Below the pieces are notes generated by a model. That model searched no databases. It worked only from the letters and a program-made list of their open reading frames with translations, and was not told the origin of the DNA. Positions 61,569 to 64,000 of a stretch of DNA of 64,000 nucleotides are shown piece by piece; the stretch's first letter is position 1; every line of letters starts with the position of its first letter. The stretch comes from Hydrolagus affinis (lineage: Eukaryota): the NCBI GenBank assembly GCA_012026655.1, contig JAAILG010000357.1, positions 1 to 64,000 on the forward strand. Direction: 5' to 3'. A program made the translations under genes and the position numbers.

Positions 61569-62239
61569 GTCAATGTCCACCGTTTGTCATTTTTTGGGTC
61601 AGGTTTTGCTCAGTCTTCGCTGGAGGTGGACCCAGTGCAAGCAAAACGGTGTCACATGAGGGGAAGAGAACAAGCTCACAGGGTGACACGTACATCAGAA
61701 AGTCACCAATTATGGAGTCAGCCAAGCAGAGGCATTTTTCTTTCCTTCCCTCTCACCCGCTTTTCCTGCATTACATTCATATACTAATGAGCGACTGCAT
61801 CAAAATAGTCAAAGCATTTGCAGCAATACTTAAAATAGAACGCAAGTAGAATATTAATGCTGCAGTGGGAGTGAGATGACCTCAACTGGTTGAATGGTGC
61901 CAACAATTTCCTCTACAATGATTCAGTTTCAGAAATATATGAAATCACTAGCTGCTGAATAGACTACAAGAATTTATACATGTGTAGATATAATGTAGAC
62001 ACACACTTTATGTTGAGCAGTTTCATCGAGGGCGAGAATGTTGATTCTGTTCTTCCACCATTCATCAGTTTCAAATCACAGTTTCCTTTTCTCAACATTG
62101 CAATGAGGTCTAGGATAACTCCTCATGGCAACCAGAGTGTGTTGCTAAACTTCATCCTCCAATACTACAGTACCACAGTACCACACACAGTCAGGGCAAA
62201 ACCTTGTCAACAGAGGCTCTGGTCCCGTCACCAGTCACC

Positions 62240-62590
62240 GTGGAGTCCTGAAATGCTGTGGGTAGATAAGAGTGCTCGCCTCGCAAGCGAGAGGATCCGG
62301 GTTCAATTCCCGGATGAACCCTTAGGCAAGTTTACTTGCTCCACACATCTCTGTTTACCCAGCAGGAAGTAGGAACCTGGCTTTTAAATCAATCTGTAGA
62401 TCGCTTTTTGGGGGAAGTCATAATAAAATTGCTCATGCCTATTTGTGGATGCAGATGCTCTCAATTGGCTGCCATATTTTGCCCCCAAAATACACTGTCC
62501 ACATTACAGCATGTTCCCGTGAACCACTTTGAGGCATCTCAATGGCGTGATAAGGTGCGATATCAAATGCAAAGATTATTATTACAGTAT
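62240..62590 (+). mobile_element. full-length SINE, long variant (diverged)
   Basis: gtggagtcctg..cgggttcaattccc..ctctgtttacccagcaggaagtaggaacctgg..tatcaaatgcaaagattattatt. Confidence 0.9.
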
Positions 62591-63824
62591 TAAGGTCCCT
62601 TTCTTTAGAAGAGCAATGGAACGAACGCATTTCAAAGGGATTACAACACCACGTCACAGATTGTGACAACATTTAAACGATGTGTCAATTGTGGTATTTA
62701 TTTTTAAATACATCATATTTTCCTTCCACAGACACATGGAAGAAACTCATATCTTTCTTTGCTCCATTTTTAAGTGTTCGAGAAACAAGTAAGCAGTAAC
62801 TAAACTGAGTAGTTCAACTATTTCACCCATCTTGTAAAAATAAAACGATTCTCCTTCTACTTTAGGTAATTGAATGGGAATGAGCAAATATCTATCCTCA
62901 GCAAAGATTAAGAGCATGAAAACAGACTTTATGAGGGATCAGAGCATTTTACATGAGGACTTACCTGCTCCTTAGATTTTAATAACTAAATAATGGACAA
63001 AACTCAATCATAAATAATGTGCTTTACACCCACTGTGTTTTAGAGATATGGGGGTGTTTTATGCCTCCTATCCCCGAAGAAGTTATAAGCCTTAGGTGTT
63101 ATATCAGTTACTATGAGGACTGTATGTATTTGTAGAGCAATGCATCAAGATAATTCAGCACTGAACTGCTGTCATGGTAGACCTTAGTCTATGAATGCCT
63201 TAGCATTCGCTTACGAACGAAGAAGCACAAGCTCATCAATGATACAAGCAATAAACGTACACTACAGGAATCTGTAAAATATTGAATTAGGACTTGAAAT
63301 GACGCAACAAGGAAAGGCGTGTTGGCGTCATCAAGCTTGATCTGTTCATGAACCATACAATCAAGTCAACTGAATGCACTGTGTACTTGAGGGTATGTAC
63401 TGTCCTGAGTCACCTTGAATCCAAATGTTCACTCTATCTGCAGCTTTGAACACCCTCAAACTTGGCACACCACCTCGCCGTTTATAGCATTTGACAAAGG
63501 TGCTGAATCCAAATACTGCCGCTCTTCTGTTTGGACCTAATTGATTGTATGTTCTCTGGCAACAGCTTAAGCTGTTAGCACAGCGTTTACAATCCAAATT
63601 GGATCCGATGTCATTTGGCATTTAAATGTTATTTGGAGGTATTGTGCGCTGTGGTGATTCAGAACAAGATCTTTATGTGTGTGTTGTGTGTCTACATCTA
63701 TTGGACCGCATTGGAAACAAAATGGCTGCTCTACATATGGCGCATTCAAAATCAAACCAAATTAAAGCTAGTCGCTCTTTTAAACACTTAGCGCTTTGAG
63801 GTGTGCTCTTGGGGATGAAAGGCG

Positions 63825-64000
63825 CCGAGAGGACCTGAGTTCAATTCCCGGGCAGGGCAAAACCTTAGGCAAGTTTCCTTTCTCAACACACACAGGCCTC
63901 TGTGTACCAAACAATAGTAGGGACCTGCTTGTTAGTTGATTGGCGGATCACTTTCAAGGGTTAATGATGCCTCCCCCAAAAAACCTACTAACAATGTTGT
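63825..64000 (+). mobile_element. SINE, long variant, running off the window end
   Basis: gagttcaattcccgggcagggcaaaaccttaggcaagtttcctt..gttagttgattggcggatcacttt. Confidence 0.85.

Overview
This 64 kb window is eukaryotic, AT-rich and gene-poor (intronic or intergenic) vertebrate DNA. The repeat mix suggests a cartilaginous fish, probably a holocephalan such as the elephant shark; this is inferred from the repeats and not verified. It holds dozens of copies of a tRNA-headed SINE (CORE-like segment, Deu-type 3' half, L2-type tail ending in (ATT)n), older DeuSINE copies, decayed L2 LINEs with (GTT)n tails and CR1 3' ends. No intact or recognisable host protein-coding gene was found. Most ORFs in the track are read-through of SINE copies or chance frames, and the only recognisable peptides are broken L2 ORF2 fragments. 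There is one well-formed but unassigned 148-bp minus-strand exon candidate (8864-9011), a CpG-rich candidate regulatory region near 27.4-27.7 kb and several repeat-free enhancer-like blocks. I cannot support a new multi-gene biological system here. The most interesting signals concern retroelement and mutation mechanics: a twin-priming-like inversion in an L2-tailed SINE, tail-only L2 inserts with target-site duplications (TSDs), module shuffling between SINE families, a small TIR element carrying TTAGGG repeats and an 8-bp TSD, two direct-inverted-direct micro-triplications, and a perfect 13-8-13 inverted repeat. Boundaries of diverged repeats are approximate because they were read by eye.
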